In this document: positions 1 through 8,766 of the stretch, piece after piece | Position numbering within the stretch: position 1 is the stretch's first letter | Layout of the letters: each line of letters starts with the position of its first letter | Notes under the pieces: generated by a model | What the model was told of the DNA's origin: nothing | The model's input: the letters and a program-made list of their open reading frames with translations, nothing else | Database searches by the model: none | DNA from: a virus | Lineage: Duplodnaviria; Caudoviricetes | Length of the DNA stretch: 36,933 bases | Strand: one strand, 5' to 3' | IMG/VR virus record: IMGVR_UViG_3300030376_002653 | Location: 1-36,933 of that record | Made by a program: the position numbers and the translations under genes

Positions 1-121
1 CTGATGAAGGTTCAGGTGCAACGAGACAGATTTGGGTAGACGAATGTTATATTAGGCTTGATGAGAATGGCGATGGTATAGCAGAACTTAGAAAGATTAC
101 TAAAGTAGGAAATGTTATCTT
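1..121. repeat. Terminal direct repeat, copy 1 (assembly circularity overlap)
   Basis: Identical to 36813-36933 except G23 vs A36835 (synonymous ACG/ACA in portal). Confidence 0.97.
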
Positions 122-1184
122 AGATAACGAAGAAATTGACATGATTCCTTTTTCTACTATTTGTCCCCTACCTATTCCTCATAAATTTTACGGAATGAGT
201 ATTGCTGACACAGTACAAGATATACAATTAATCAAGTCTACTATCATGCGTAATCTCTTGGATAACATGTATCTAACTAACAACGCAAGATACGCAGTAT
301 TAGCAGGACAAGTAGAGTTAGACGATTTGCTTTCATCAAAACCTGGTGGGATTGTACGAACAAGAAGTCCTGGAGCTGTTACAGCATTGCCTACTCCACA
401 AATACAACCTTATGCGTTCCAAATGGTTCAGTATTTAGATGGGATTAGAGAAGAAAGAAGTGGCGTATCTAAAATGTCGCAAGGATTAAATCCTGATGTA
501 TTAACATCTCATGTAACTTCAGGTGCAATCTCAGCAGCAACAGAATCATCTATGCAGAGAATTGAGCTGATTGCTCGTATATTCGCAGAGACAGGTATTA
601 AAGATATGTTTAGAAACGTATATTCTTTAGTACAAAAATATGAAGATAGAAAAAAAGTATTTTATTTAAACAACAAGTTTGTTCCGATTGATGTATCAAG
701 ATGGAAAGACAAATTAAATTGCACAGTCAATGTTGGTATTGGAAGTGGTAGTCAACAAACTAAACTACAATCTATGGGAAGTATTATGGGCATAATACAA
801 AAACTTATAGAAAATGGTGGTATGAACACCTTAGTAACATCTACAAACATTTACAATGCTGTAAGTGAATATGTTACACAGGCTGGATATAAAAATCCTG
901 ATGTGTTCGTTAGCAACCCTGCTATGATGCCTCCTCCACCTCCACCACAACCAACTGTTGATGAAAAAATTGCAACACAAAAACGTCAAGTAGAATTACA
1001 AAAACTACAAACAGACTCACAAGTATCTATGTTAGAACTAAAACTTAAAAAAGACATGGCGACTGTTGAACTAGCAATTAAACAACAAGAATTAGAAATA
1101 AATAAACAAGAATTAGAAATTAAAAAAGCTGAACTCGCATTAGAAGTTGTACAAGAAAGACCTGTAAAGATTGGCAATGACTAA
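1..1184 (+). CDS. Portal protein, C-terminal part
   Basis: PHKFYGMSIADTVQDIQLIKSTIMRNLLDNMYL, REERSGVSKMSQGL, C-terminal coiled coil; frame open from the window start. Confidence 0.9.
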   Translation, partial: DEGSGATRQIWVDECYIRLDENGDGIAELRKITKVGNVILDNEEIDMIPFSTICPLPIPHKFYGMSIADTVQDIQLIKSTIMRNLLDNMYLTNNARYAVLAGQVELDDLLSSKPGGIVRTRSPGAVTALPTPQIQPYAFQMVQYLDGIREERSGVSKMSQGLNPDVLTSHVTSGAISAATESSMQRIELIARIFAETGIKDMFRNVYSLVQKYEDRKKVFYLNNKFVPIDVSRWKDKLNCTVNVGIGSGSQQTKLQSMGSIMGIIQKLIENGGMNTLVTSTNIYNAVSEYVTQAGYKNPDVFVSNPAMMPPPPPPQPTVDEKIATQKRQVELQKLQTDSQVSMLELKLKKDMATVELAIKQQELEINKQELEIKKAELALEVVQERPVKIGND

Positions 1185-1314
1185 CAGAGTTAAAAACAGA
1201 AGACTTATTTCTAACAAAATAAGAAAATTAAGACAAGAAGGTAAGTCGCAAAAAGAAGCTGTAGCTATTGCTCTTTCTATGTTTTCTAAAAATAAAAAGA
1301 AGCCTTTAGCATGA
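1177..1314 (+). CDS. Small basic protein, 45 aa (KEAVAIALS motif)
   Basis: Hand-translated MTNRVKNRRLISNKIRKLRQEGKSQKEAVAIALSM...; overlaps portal stop; ATGA-coupled to the next gene. Confidence 0.7.
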   Translation: MTNRVKNRRLISNKIRKLRQEGKSQKEAVAIALSMFSKNKKKPLA

Positions 1315-1517
1315 AAGACACTAACGAACTCAATCTAGAAATAGAATTAATAAAAAAAGATATCAACGATATCAAAAATAATCATCTACAACACATAGAA
1401 GTAGATATGCGTGATGTAAAGATTGAAATATTTAGATTTAAGTACATTGTTTATGGAGCTGTAATTGTATTTGCTCTATTAAGCGATAACATAGAGAGAA
1501 TAATTAATTTGTTTTAG
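1311..1517 (+). CDS. Small coiled-coil protein with C-terminal TM helix (XhlA/holin-like topology)
   Basis: IKNNHLQHIEVDM plus hydrophobic YIVYGAVIVFALL. Confidence 0.7.
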   Translation: MKDTNELNLEIELIKKDINDIKNNHLQHIEVDMRDVKIEIFRFKYIVYGAVIVFALLSDNIERIINLF

Positions 1518-1523
1518 GAGAAT

Positions 1524-1613
1524 ATGATGGCATACGGTTACGGGAATAAAAAAAGTAATAAAAAGAATCAAAATAAAAACAAAAAGAAAAAGAAAAAAAT
1601 GGGTAAATGCTAA
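1524..1613 (+). CDS. Lys-rich micropeptide, 29 aa
   Basis: AGGAG RBS; MMAYGYGNKKSNKKNQNKNKKKKKKMGKC; TAATG coupling. Confidence 0.6.
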   Translation: MMAYGYGNKKSNKKNQNKNKKKKKKMGKC

Positions 1614-1783
1614 TGGCTAAAGGAACTAAACATTATTTTAAAACTGGCAAAGAATACAAAGGCAATGTTCATAAAATGCCTAATGGTCAAATACATACAG
1701 GCAAATCGCATGGCAAAACTTCTAAACAAGTAGTGCATTTTAAAGACTTGTCAGCGAGAGCAAAAAAGGTAGCTAAAGCATGA
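1613..1783 (+). CDS. Small basic His/Lys protein, 56 aa
   Basis: MAKGTKHYFKTGKEYKGNVHKMPNGQIHTGKSHGKTSKQVVHF...; coupled at both ends. Confidence 0.7.
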   Translation: MAKGTKHYFKTGKEYKGNVHKMPNGQIHTGKSHGKTSKQVVHFKDLSARAKKVAKA

Positions 1784-1905
1784 AAAAATTACACAAAACT
1801 AAAAAGAAAAAAAAGTTTCCTGATTTGAACAAAGACGGAAAAATAACTAGAGCAGATATTTTATTAGGAAGAAAAGTAATAAAAAATAAAAAGAGAAAAA
1901 CATAA
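1780..1905 (+). CDS. Small basic protein with EF-hand-like loop, 41 aa
   Basis: FPDLNKDGKITRADIL (DxNxDGxI loop); coupled at both ends. Confidence 0.7.
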   Translation: MKKLHKTKKKKKFPDLNKDGKITRADILLGRKVIKNKKRKT

Positions 1906-2066
1906 TGGCTAAATTGTGTGCAAAAGGCAAAGCTGCTGCAAAAAGAAAATTTAAAGTTTACCCAAGTGCTTATGCAAACATGTACGCATCAGGTGTTTGT
2001 TCAGGCAGAATTAAACCCAAAGCAAAAAAAGCAAAAGGTGTAAAACGTGGCAAAAAAAGGGCTTAG
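1905..2066 (+). CDS. Small basic protein, 53 aa
   Basis: MAKLCAKGKAAAKRKFKVYPSAYANMYASGVCSG; TAATG coupling. Confidence 0.7.
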   Translation: MAKLCAKGKAAAKRKFKVYPSAYANMYASGVCSGRIKPKAKKAKGVKRGKKRA

Positions 2067-2310
2067 AGAATGGGTAAAAGAAAAATGGGTAGATATAGGT
2101 TCTCCTAAAAAGAACGGAAAATATCAACCATGTGGAAGGTCGAAAGGTTCAGGTCGTGCTTATCCTAAATGTGTACCTTTAGCAAAAGCTAAAAGAATGA
2201 CAGCAGCACAAAAAGCATCAGCTGTATCACGTAAAAGAGCAAAAGCACAAGGAGTTGGAGGTAAACCGACAAATGTCTCAACTTTCAAAAAAAGAAGAAG
2301 GAAAGCATAG
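2047..2310 (+). CDS. Basic hypothetical protein (GLREWVKEKWVDI...PCGR...YPKCVP family)
   Basis: GTG start; motif pattern common in aquatic phage head modules. Confidence 0.8.
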   Translation: MAKKGLREWVKEKWVDIGSPKKNGKYQPCGRSKGSGRAYPKCVPLAKAKRMTAAQKASAVSRKRAKAQGVGGKPTNVSTFKKRRRKA

Positions 2311-2452
2311 GTCAGAGTTCTTTTCTAAAAGATTAGATTACTACGATTCAAAAGGGCATACTAACTTAGAGTCAATAATATTAGCCCATAGAGACTTAGC
2401 AAAAGAATTTAAACAAAAAAATCCAACTTTAGAAACTCCTAAACCGATATGA
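2273..2452 (+). CDS. Hypothetical protein (start uncertain)
   Basis: ATG 2273 downstream of GGAGG; ATGA-coupled to 2449. Confidence 0.5.
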   Translation: MSQLSKKEEGKHRSEFFSKRLDYYDSKGHTNLESIILAHRDLAKEFKQKNPTLETPKPI

Positions 2453-2616
2453 CTAACAAAGAATTACAAACATTATGTTTGAAACACCGACTTTCTGTCG
2501 AAGAGTTATTTGCACGTACAGGTCACAAGCCTAACGAAATACGTGGATATCTTAGAGGCAGCAAGAAGATACCTGAGTATTGGACTGAGGAATCTTTATT
2601 AAAAGCTAAATTCTAG
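2449..2616 (+). CDS. Small XRE/Cro-like HTH protein, 55 aa
   Basis: MTNKELQTLCLKHRLSVEELFARTGHKPNEIRGYLRGSKKIP matches the XRE HTH spacing pattern. Confidence 0.55.
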   Translation: MTNKELQTLCLKHRLSVEELFARTGHKPNEIRGYLRGSKKIPEYWTEESLLKAKF

Positions 2617-2660
2617 CGAAACACTACAACCGTGAAAACGGATAGAAATCAGGAGAAGAC

Positions 2661-2915
2661 ATGGCAGATAAAGACGCACAAATAAGAGAAGGGCAAGATG
2701 CAAAAACATTGCTGGAAAACCCTTTATTAATTAAATCGTATGAAGTTATACAGAACGATACTTTCCAAAAATGGATTAGGACAGATATAGGTGAGACAGA
2801 TGTAAGAGAGTCTCTATATCATCAGTTAAGAGGTATACTTACAGCACAAAACGTATTAGTGAACACAATGGAGAATGGTAAAATTCTCGAAGAAGAAAGA
2901 AAGGGGAGTAATTAA
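2661..2915 (+). CDS. Conserved head-module hypothetical protein
   Basis: AGGAG RBS; AKTLLENPLL...VRESLY; lies just before the scaffold gene. Confidence 0.8.
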   Translation: MADKDAQIREGQDAKTLLENPLLIKSYEVIQNDTFQKWIRTDIGETDVRESLYHQLRGILTAQNVLVNTMENGKILEEERKGSN

Positions 2916-2917
2916 TC

Positions 2918-3949
2918 ATGGCAAAAAATGATATCCCTACAAAAGAATCCACTCATCGTGGTGTGCCTTTTGATGGCTCTGTAAGAGGAGCAGAAGAGGC
3001 ACTTCGAGGTATTATGAGCAATCCTGAAGAGGAGACAGCTACAGAAGACCAAGAGCAAACAGAAACAACGGAAGAAGTTTCTGCACAGGACACGGAGTCC
3101 GAATCAGTCCAGGAAGAAGCAGATAATCCTGATGGATTAACTGCTGAAGACATAGTAGACGATACTCAAGAAGAAGAAATAGAGAAAACTGACACATACA
3201 CTATCAAAGTTGATGGTGAACAGGTAGAAGTAACCCTTGATGAGCTTCAGGCAGGTTATCGTAGACAAGCTGATTACACAAGAAACAGTCAAGTATTAGC
3301 AGAACAACGCAGAAAAGCTGATGAAGAACTAGCTGCGACTCAGCAAGAAAGACAGCGTTACTTATCACAACTTGAACAATTCAAAAATCAAGGTAAGAGT
3401 CAATTAGAGTCTTACAACAATATTGATTGGACGAAACTCAAGGAAGAAGACCCAATGGAATATATGGCTAAACGTGATGCTTTTAGAGATTTGCAAGAAA
3501 ATATACGTGCAAGTCAAGAAGAACAGCAGAAGGAACAAGTCAAATTTCAAGAACAACAATTGAAACAATTTGAAGAACTAAAAAAAGTTAATTATAGTGA
3601 TTTAATTGTTAGAGTTCCTCAATGGGCAGACCCTGAAAAAGGAGCTGAAGTTAAACAAAATGTTAAACAATATGCACAACAGAAAGGGTTTACTACAAAC
3701 GAACTCGATACATTAATAGACGCTAGGAGCATAGAAATGTTATACAAAGCGATGCTATATGATAAACTTTTAAGTTCTAAAATAAGTTCTAAGAAACAGA
3801 AAGTTGTACCTAAAGTTACAAAACCTGGTTCTGGAACATCAAAAGTTGATGTCGCAAGTGATAAAGTTAAGGCACAAAGAGCAAAATTAAGAAAAAGTGG
3901 ACATTACAAAGACGCAGCAAGTGTTATTGAAAGTATGTTCAATTCTTAA
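2918..3949 (+). CDS. Capsid scaffolding protein
   Basis: Acidic N-terminus; YTIKVDGEQVEVTLDELQAGYRRQADYTRNSQ; coiled coil; directly upstream of MCP. Confidence 0.88.
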   Translation: MAKNDIPTKESTHRGVPFDGSVRGAEEALRGIMSNPEEETATEDQEQTETTEEVSAQDTESESVQEEADNPDGLTAEDIVDDTQEEEIEKTDTYTIKVDGEQVEVTLDELQAGYRRQADYTRNSQVLAEQRRKADEELAATQQERQRYLSQLEQFKNQGKSQLESYNNIDWTKLKEEDPMEYMAKRDAFRDLQENIRASQEEQQKEQVKFQEQQLKQFEELKKVNYSDLIVRVPQWADPEKGAEVKQNVKQYAQQKGFTTNELDTLIDARSIEMLYKAMLYDKLLSSKISSKKQKVVPKVTKPGSGTSKVDVASDKVKAQRAKLRKSGHYKDAASVIESMFNS

Positions 3950-3981
3950 TTTATACATAACTTTTTTACATAGGTAATCAA

Positions 3982-4920
3982 ATGGCAATATATACAAACT
4001 CTTACGAGACTTTCGATAGTAACGATAAGAGAGAAGACTTGGCGAATGTTATTTACAACATTTCTCCAACAGAAACACCATTCATGTCAAGTATCGGTAC
4101 TGGTTCAGCTAACGGAACAAAACACGAATGGCAAACAGATAGTTTAGCAGCAGCAGCAGCTAACTTAGTAATAGAGGGAGATGACTCTCCTAACAGAGCA
4201 TTGGTAGCAACAACAAGACTACTTAACCATACGCAGATTTCAACAAAACCTGTAGTAGTTACTGGTACTCAAGAAGTTGTTAGCAAAGCAGGTGTAACAT
4301 CTGAAATGGCTTATCAAATCGCAAAAGCAGGTAAAGAACTGAAACGTGATATGGAACTAGACATGACAGGTAAACAAGAAGCAGCAGCAGGTTCTTCAGG
4401 AACAGGTCGTGCTTCAAGAGCATATGAATCTTGGATAACTACTAATGAACTTCATGGTTCAGGTGGTTCTACAAGTGGTTCAGGTGCTGTTACAGACGGA
4501 ACACAAAGGGTTCTTACCGAGACACTTTTGAAGTCTAATTTGAAAAAATGTTATGACGAAGGTGGAAACCCTGACTTATTGTTAGTTGGTTCATTCAACA
4601 AACAAAAAGTATCAGGATTTACTGGTAACTCAACTCGTATGGACATGGCAGAAGATAGAAGCTTAGTAGCTACTATTGATGTTTATGTTTCAGACTTTGG
4701 TGAAGTAAAAGTAGTATCTGATAGAATCTTGAGAAGTTCAGGTAGAACTGCATTAGTTGTAGACACAGAGTTTTGGGCTACAGCTTTCTTAAGACCTTTC
4801 CAAGTACAAGACTTAGCAAAAACTGGTGATGCTGACAAGAAACAATTACTCGTAGAGTATACACTTGTTTCTAAAAACGAAGCAGCTAGTGGTAAAATCG
4901 CTGATTTAACTACTTCATAA
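3982..4920 (+). CDS. Major capsid protein (DUF5309/SU10-like)
   Basis: REDLANVIYNISPTETPFMS, HEWQTDSL, NHTQI, KELKRDME, LAKTGDA...EYTL. Confidence 0.92.
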   Translation: MAIYTNSYETFDSNDKREDLANVIYNISPTETPFMSSIGTGSANGTKHEWQTDSLAAAAANLVIEGDDSPNRALVATTRLLNHTQISTKPVVVTGTQEVVSKAGVTSEMAYQIAKAGKELKRDMELDMTGKQEAAAGSSGTGRASRAYESWITTNELHGSGGSTSGSGAVTDGTQRVLTETLLKSNLKKCYDEGGNPDLLLVGSFNKQKVSGFTGNSTRMDMAEDRSLVATIDVYVSDFGEVKVVSDRILRSSGRTALVVDTEFWATAFLRPFQVQDLAKTGDADKKQLLVEYTLVSKNEAASGKIADLTTS

Positions 4921-4951
4921 TTTTTCATGTACTCCTCAAGTAGGTGAAAAA

Positions 4952-4988
4952 GGAGGAGGGTTTGTTCATTCCTCCCTCCTCCATTTAT
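4952..4988 (+). terminator. Hairpin after MCP (terminator/attenuator or stabiliser)
   Basis: GGAGGAGGG...CCCTCCTCC stem with only a weak U-tract (ATTTAT). Confidence 0.5.
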
Positions 4989-5056
4989 GATACGATTAAT
5001 AATGACCTTGAAGAGGTATCACTTCGGAACGAGGGTTATTAGACACGGAGACTTTA

Positions 5057-5404
5057 ATGAGAACATTAAACGATTATTTTTTAACAGCAGAGATAGAAGA
5101 TATTTCTACTGCATCTAGCACATTTGTAGCAGTACCTGATGGTGGTCGTATCATCAAGATTATTACTGCATTACAAGGAGCTATTGGAACTGCTAATGGT
5201 GGAATCAGCTTTGAAATTGGTGGTACTGCTATTACTGGTGGTGGCATAACAGTAACTCAATCAGGTTCAGCAGCAGGTGATGTAGATTCAGCAGAACCTA
5301 CAGCAGCTAACAGAGTTGAAGAAAACGGAACTATCGAAATGATTACAGATGGTGCATCATCAAATGCAGTCAAACTAGTAGTAACATTTGTAATTAGGAG
5401 ATAA
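5057..5404 (+). CDS. Putative head decoration/virion protein
   Basis: Beta-rich, G/A/T-rich, follows MCP. Confidence 0.65.
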   Translation: MRTLNDYFLTAEIEDISTASSTFVAVPDGGRIIKIITALQGAIGTANGGISFEIGGTAITGGGITVTQSGSAAGDVDSAEPTAANRVEENGTIEMITDGASSNAVKLVVTFVIRR

Positions 5405-5406
5405 GC

Positions 5407-5700
5407 ATGAGTAGTTGGAGTTTTGGACAAAGGGTTATAAAAAACCAAACAAGAACTGTAAATCAAACAGGTACACAAAGAAGCGATGCTTTTACAGATG
5501 GCGTAGTATATGTTAGATGTACTGCTGATACTACAGGAGTATTTATTGCTTTTGGCAAAACTCCCACAGCAGCAGTAGCTACAGGTATAAGATTGGTAGC
5601 AAATGAACCTAAAACATTTAAAGTAGACAACGCTGAGAAACTTGCAGCTATTATTGCAAGTGGTACAGCTAATGTTTTTATAGAGGAACTTAGTGAATGA
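5407..5700 (+). CDS. Putative virion protein
   Basis: AGGAG RBS; beta-rich; head module. Confidence 0.65.
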   Translation: MSSWSFGQRVIKNQTRTVNQTGTQRSDAFTDGVVYVRCTADTTGVFIAFGKTPTAAVATGIRLVANEPKTFKVDNAEKLAAIIASGTANVFIEELSE

Positions 5701-5999
5701 AAAGAAAACTTGGAGATGGTCAAACATTTTTATTTTCAGAACATTCAGGTGAATGGGCGATTAATCACAGGTCGCCTGACCTAACTAAATTGCTAGATAA
5801 TAATAAAAGATTGCAACAGGAAGACCATAGTATAAGAGATGAATTTCGTTTATCTGCTAGGATTCCTGTTACAATTTATTATGAGTGGAAAGAAAAATTT
5901 GGCGTAGATTTATATGATAAAAATCACAAAGACGCAGTAAGAAAATTATTAAACAGTCCTGATTACAGGTACTTAAAGACAACATCTAGGATAATATAA
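5697..5999 (+). CDS. Hypothetical protein
   Basis: ARIP...W...LLNSPDYRYLKT motif; coupled at both ends. Confidence 0.75.
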   Translation: MKRKLGDGQTFLFSEHSGEWAINHRSPDLTKLLDNNKRLQQEDHSIRDEFRLSARIPVTIYYEWKEKFGVDLYDKNHKDAVRKLLNSPDYRYLKTTSRII

Positions 6000-6625
6000 T
6001 GGCAATATCAAATTATTCAGAATTAAAAACATCAATAGCTAGTTGGTTAGATAGGTCTGACCTTACAGATATCATTCCTGATTTTATTGCACTTGCAGAA
6101 ACGAGGCACAAAAGAGATTTTAAGATAAGAAGAATGGAAACTAGGGTTACAACCAACACAATAGATGGCTCTGAGTTTTATACGTTACCTGATGATTATG
6201 TTGCTATGCGTAACATAAAACTTAATACAGACCCTAAAACGCCTCTAGACTTTTTAACACCTGAAATAATGGACAGATTAAACGCAGGAAGCTCAAAAGG
6301 TAAACCTAAAGCATACACAATCAAAGGCAACAATATAGAAATAAGACCTACTCCTGATGGCGTGTATCAAATAGAAGTATCGTATTACAAGCATTTTGCA
6401 GCTTTATCGGATTTAAATACAACCAATGACATGCTCACACATCACCCTGATGTTTATCTATATGGAGCATTAGTAGAAGCAGAACCTTATTTGCAAAATG
6501 ATAAAAGAATACAGGTTTGGTCAGGATATTATGACAGAGCAAAACAAGACATAATAACTTCAAATGAAAGAGACAGACATTCAGGAACAACACCTGTAAC
6601 AAGAATTGATTACGGATTATATTAA
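5999..6625 (+). CDS. Head-tail adaptor / tail tubular protein
   Basis: NYSELKTSIASWLDRSDLTDIIPDFIALAE...HPDVYLYGALVEAEPYLQND. Confidence 0.8.
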   Translation: MAISNYSELKTSIASWLDRSDLTDIIPDFIALAETRHKRDFKIRRMETRVTTNTIDGSEFYTLPDDYVAMRNIKLNTDPKTPLDFLTPEIMDRLNAGSSKGKPKAYTIKGNNIEIRPTPDGVYQIEVSYYKHFAALSDLNTTNDMLTHHPDVYLYGALVEAEPYLQNDKRIQVWSGYYDRAKQDIITSNERDRHSGTTPVTRIDYGLY

Positions 6626-6804
6626 TGACTACATGGACAGTAGTAGCTGAAACAGCAGCAGGATACATAGAAACAGAGGATAACCTTTTTGTTTTAGCAA
6701 CAGAAAATGGTGAATTAATTAGATTAGATGATGCAAGTGGTATAAATGCTGATGACTGGCAAGATGTTTCTCCACCTGCTACAACAACTTGGACGATACA
6801 ATAG
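6625..6804 (+). CDS. Small acidic virion-associated protein, 59 aa
   Basis: Hand-translated MTTWTVVAETAAGYIETEDNLFVLATENGELI...; fills the gap exactly. Confidence 0.65.
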   Translation: MTTWTVVAETAAGYIETEDNLFVLATENGELIRLDDASGINADDWQDVSPPATTTWTIQ

Positions 6805-8766
6805 ATGGCAACTAAAAAAATATCAGAACTGACCACAACCACTACTCCATCGAGTAGTGCATTATTTCCTATAGTACAAGATGGAGCTACACTTTCTGTA
6901 ACACTCGCAAATATAGCAGCAAACATGCCTAGCTTATCTGTTGCAAACTTAACAGCAGACGGTTTAACAGTTACAAATAATGCAACTATTGGTGGAGACC
7001 TAACTATAACAGGTGATGACCTGACTATGGGAACAAACACAAGTGGTGCTGCCCTAATAGCTGATGGAACGAATTTTAACCCTGTAGTTATATCAGGAGA
7101 TATTTCTATAGGCACGACAGGTACTGCTGCTATTGGAAGTGGCGTTATCGTAAACGCAGATGTTAATTCTAGTGCAGCAATAGCGTTTTCTAAGATGGCA
7201 GATTTGACTGCATCAAGAGCATTGGTCTCAGATGGTAGTGGTGATGTGTCAGTATCAGCAGTTACATCAACAGAGATTGGCTATTTAGATGGCGTATCTT
7301 CTGCAATACAAACACAATTAGATGGCAAAGCGTCATCAACTTATGTACCTACCACAATCACAGTAGCAGATGAATCAACAGATACTACATGCTTTCCGTT
7401 GTTTGTTACAGCAGCTACAGGCGACCTAGCTCCTAAATCAGGAAGTAATCTTGCTTTCGATTCTAATACAGGTGCTTTAACAGCTACTAGCTTTGTTGGA
7501 AACTTGACAGGAAATGTTACAGGAAATACAAGTGGCTCATCAGGAAGCACAACAGGAAATGCAGCAACTGCAACAGCTTTAGCTACTGGCAGAGAAATTT
7601 CTCTCACAGGAGATGTTACAGCTTCAGGTGTATCGTTTGACGGAACCGGTAATATAAGTTTATCTACAACTATAGCAGCAAACAGCGTAGCACTTAGCAC
7701 AGACACAACTGGTAACTATGTAGCAGGAGTAAGTGGCACAACCAATGAGATTGAAGTATCGGGTTCAGGAAGCGAGGGAGCAACTGTAACTATTGGATTG
7801 CCTGACAATGTAACGATTGCAGGTAACTTGACAGTAAATGGCACAACAACAAGTGTTGATACAACAAACCTTGAAGTTGAAGACCCATTAATTAAATTAG
7901 CAAAAAACAATAGTGCTGCTGATAGTCTTGATATAGGTTTTTATGGTCTATACGATACATCAGGTTCACAAGACTTATATTCAGGATTATTTAGAGACGC
8001 TAGTGATTCAGGCAAATACAAATTATTTAAAGATTTACAAGCAGAACCAACCACAACAGTAAACACAAGTGGTACAGGTTATGCTACAGGCACATTAGTT
8101 GCAACCTTTGAGGGAAATATTACAGGAAATGTAACAGGAACTTTATTGACAGCAGCACAACCGAATATTACAAGTGTTGGAACTCTTACAGGCTTAACTA
8201 CATCAGCAGATATAAACTTTGGTGATAACGATAAAGCTGTCTTTGGTGCAGGTTCAGACTTACAAATTTACCACAATGGCAGTCATAGTTTTTTAGATAA
8301 CAATACTGGTGATATGAACATTGAATCATCAAATGTTTATATTAAAACTAATAATACTGAAAATTCTATATCTGCAACTGCAAATGGTTCAGTAGAACTT
8401 TTTTACGATAATGTCAAAAAAGTAGAAACAACAACAGATGGTGTAGATATAACAAGTACAGGTTCTATCAAAGTACCTGTAGGCACAACAGCCCAAAGAA
8501 ATAGCTCACCTGCAAATGGTGATTTTAGATTTAACTCTACAACGACAGAATTCGAGGGCTACGATGGTAGTGCTTGGGGTTCAATCGGTGGTGGAGGTGG
8601 TGCTACTGGTGGTGGCTCAGATGAAGTATTTATGGAAAACGCAAGAGTTGTTACAACAAACTATACATTATCAAGCAACAAATCTGCACTATGTGTTGGA
8701 CCATTAACGATTAATACAGGGGTTACAGTAACAATCCCATCAGGAGAGAGGTTAGTAATACTATGA
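6805..8766 (+). CDS. Tail fibre protein
   Basis: MATKKISEL N-terminus; GNLTGNVTGN repeats; C-terminal GGGATGGGSDEVFMEN...GPLTINTGVTVTIPSG. Confidence 0.88.
   Translation: MATKKISELTTTTTPSSSALFPIVQDGATLSVTLANIAANMPSLSVANLTADGLTVTNNATIGGDLTITGDDLTMGTNTSGAALIADGTNFNPVVISGDISIGTTGTAAIGSGVIVNADVNSSAAIAFSKMADLTASRALVSDGSGDVSVSAVTSTEIGYLDGVSSAIQTQLDGKASSTYVPTTITVADESTDTTCFPLFVTAATGDLAPKSGSNLAFDSNTGALTATSFVGNLTGNVTGNTSGSSGSTTGNAATATALATGREISLTGDVTASGVSFDGTGNISLSTTIAANSVALSTDTTGNYVAGVSGTTNEIEVSGSGSEGATVTIGLPDNVTIAGNLTVNGTTTSVDTTNLEVEDPLIKLAKNNSAADSLDIGFYGLYDTSGSQDLYSGLFRDASDSGKYKLFKDLQAEPTTTVNTSGTGYATGTLVATFEGNITGNVTGTLLTAAQPNITSVGTLTGLTTSADINFGDNDKAVFGAGSDLQIYHNGSHSFLDNNTGDMNIESSNVYIKTNNTENSISATANGSVELFYDNVKKVETTTDGVDITSTGSIKVPVGTTAQRNSSPANGDFRFNSTTTEFEGYDGSAWGSIGGGGGATGGGSDEVFMENARVVTTNYTLSSNKSALCVGPLTINTGVTVTIPSGERLVIL

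Noticed and set aside
2223-2238. Weak parS-like TGTATCACGTAAAAGA
   Set aside because: Three mismatches, including the core; expected by chance.
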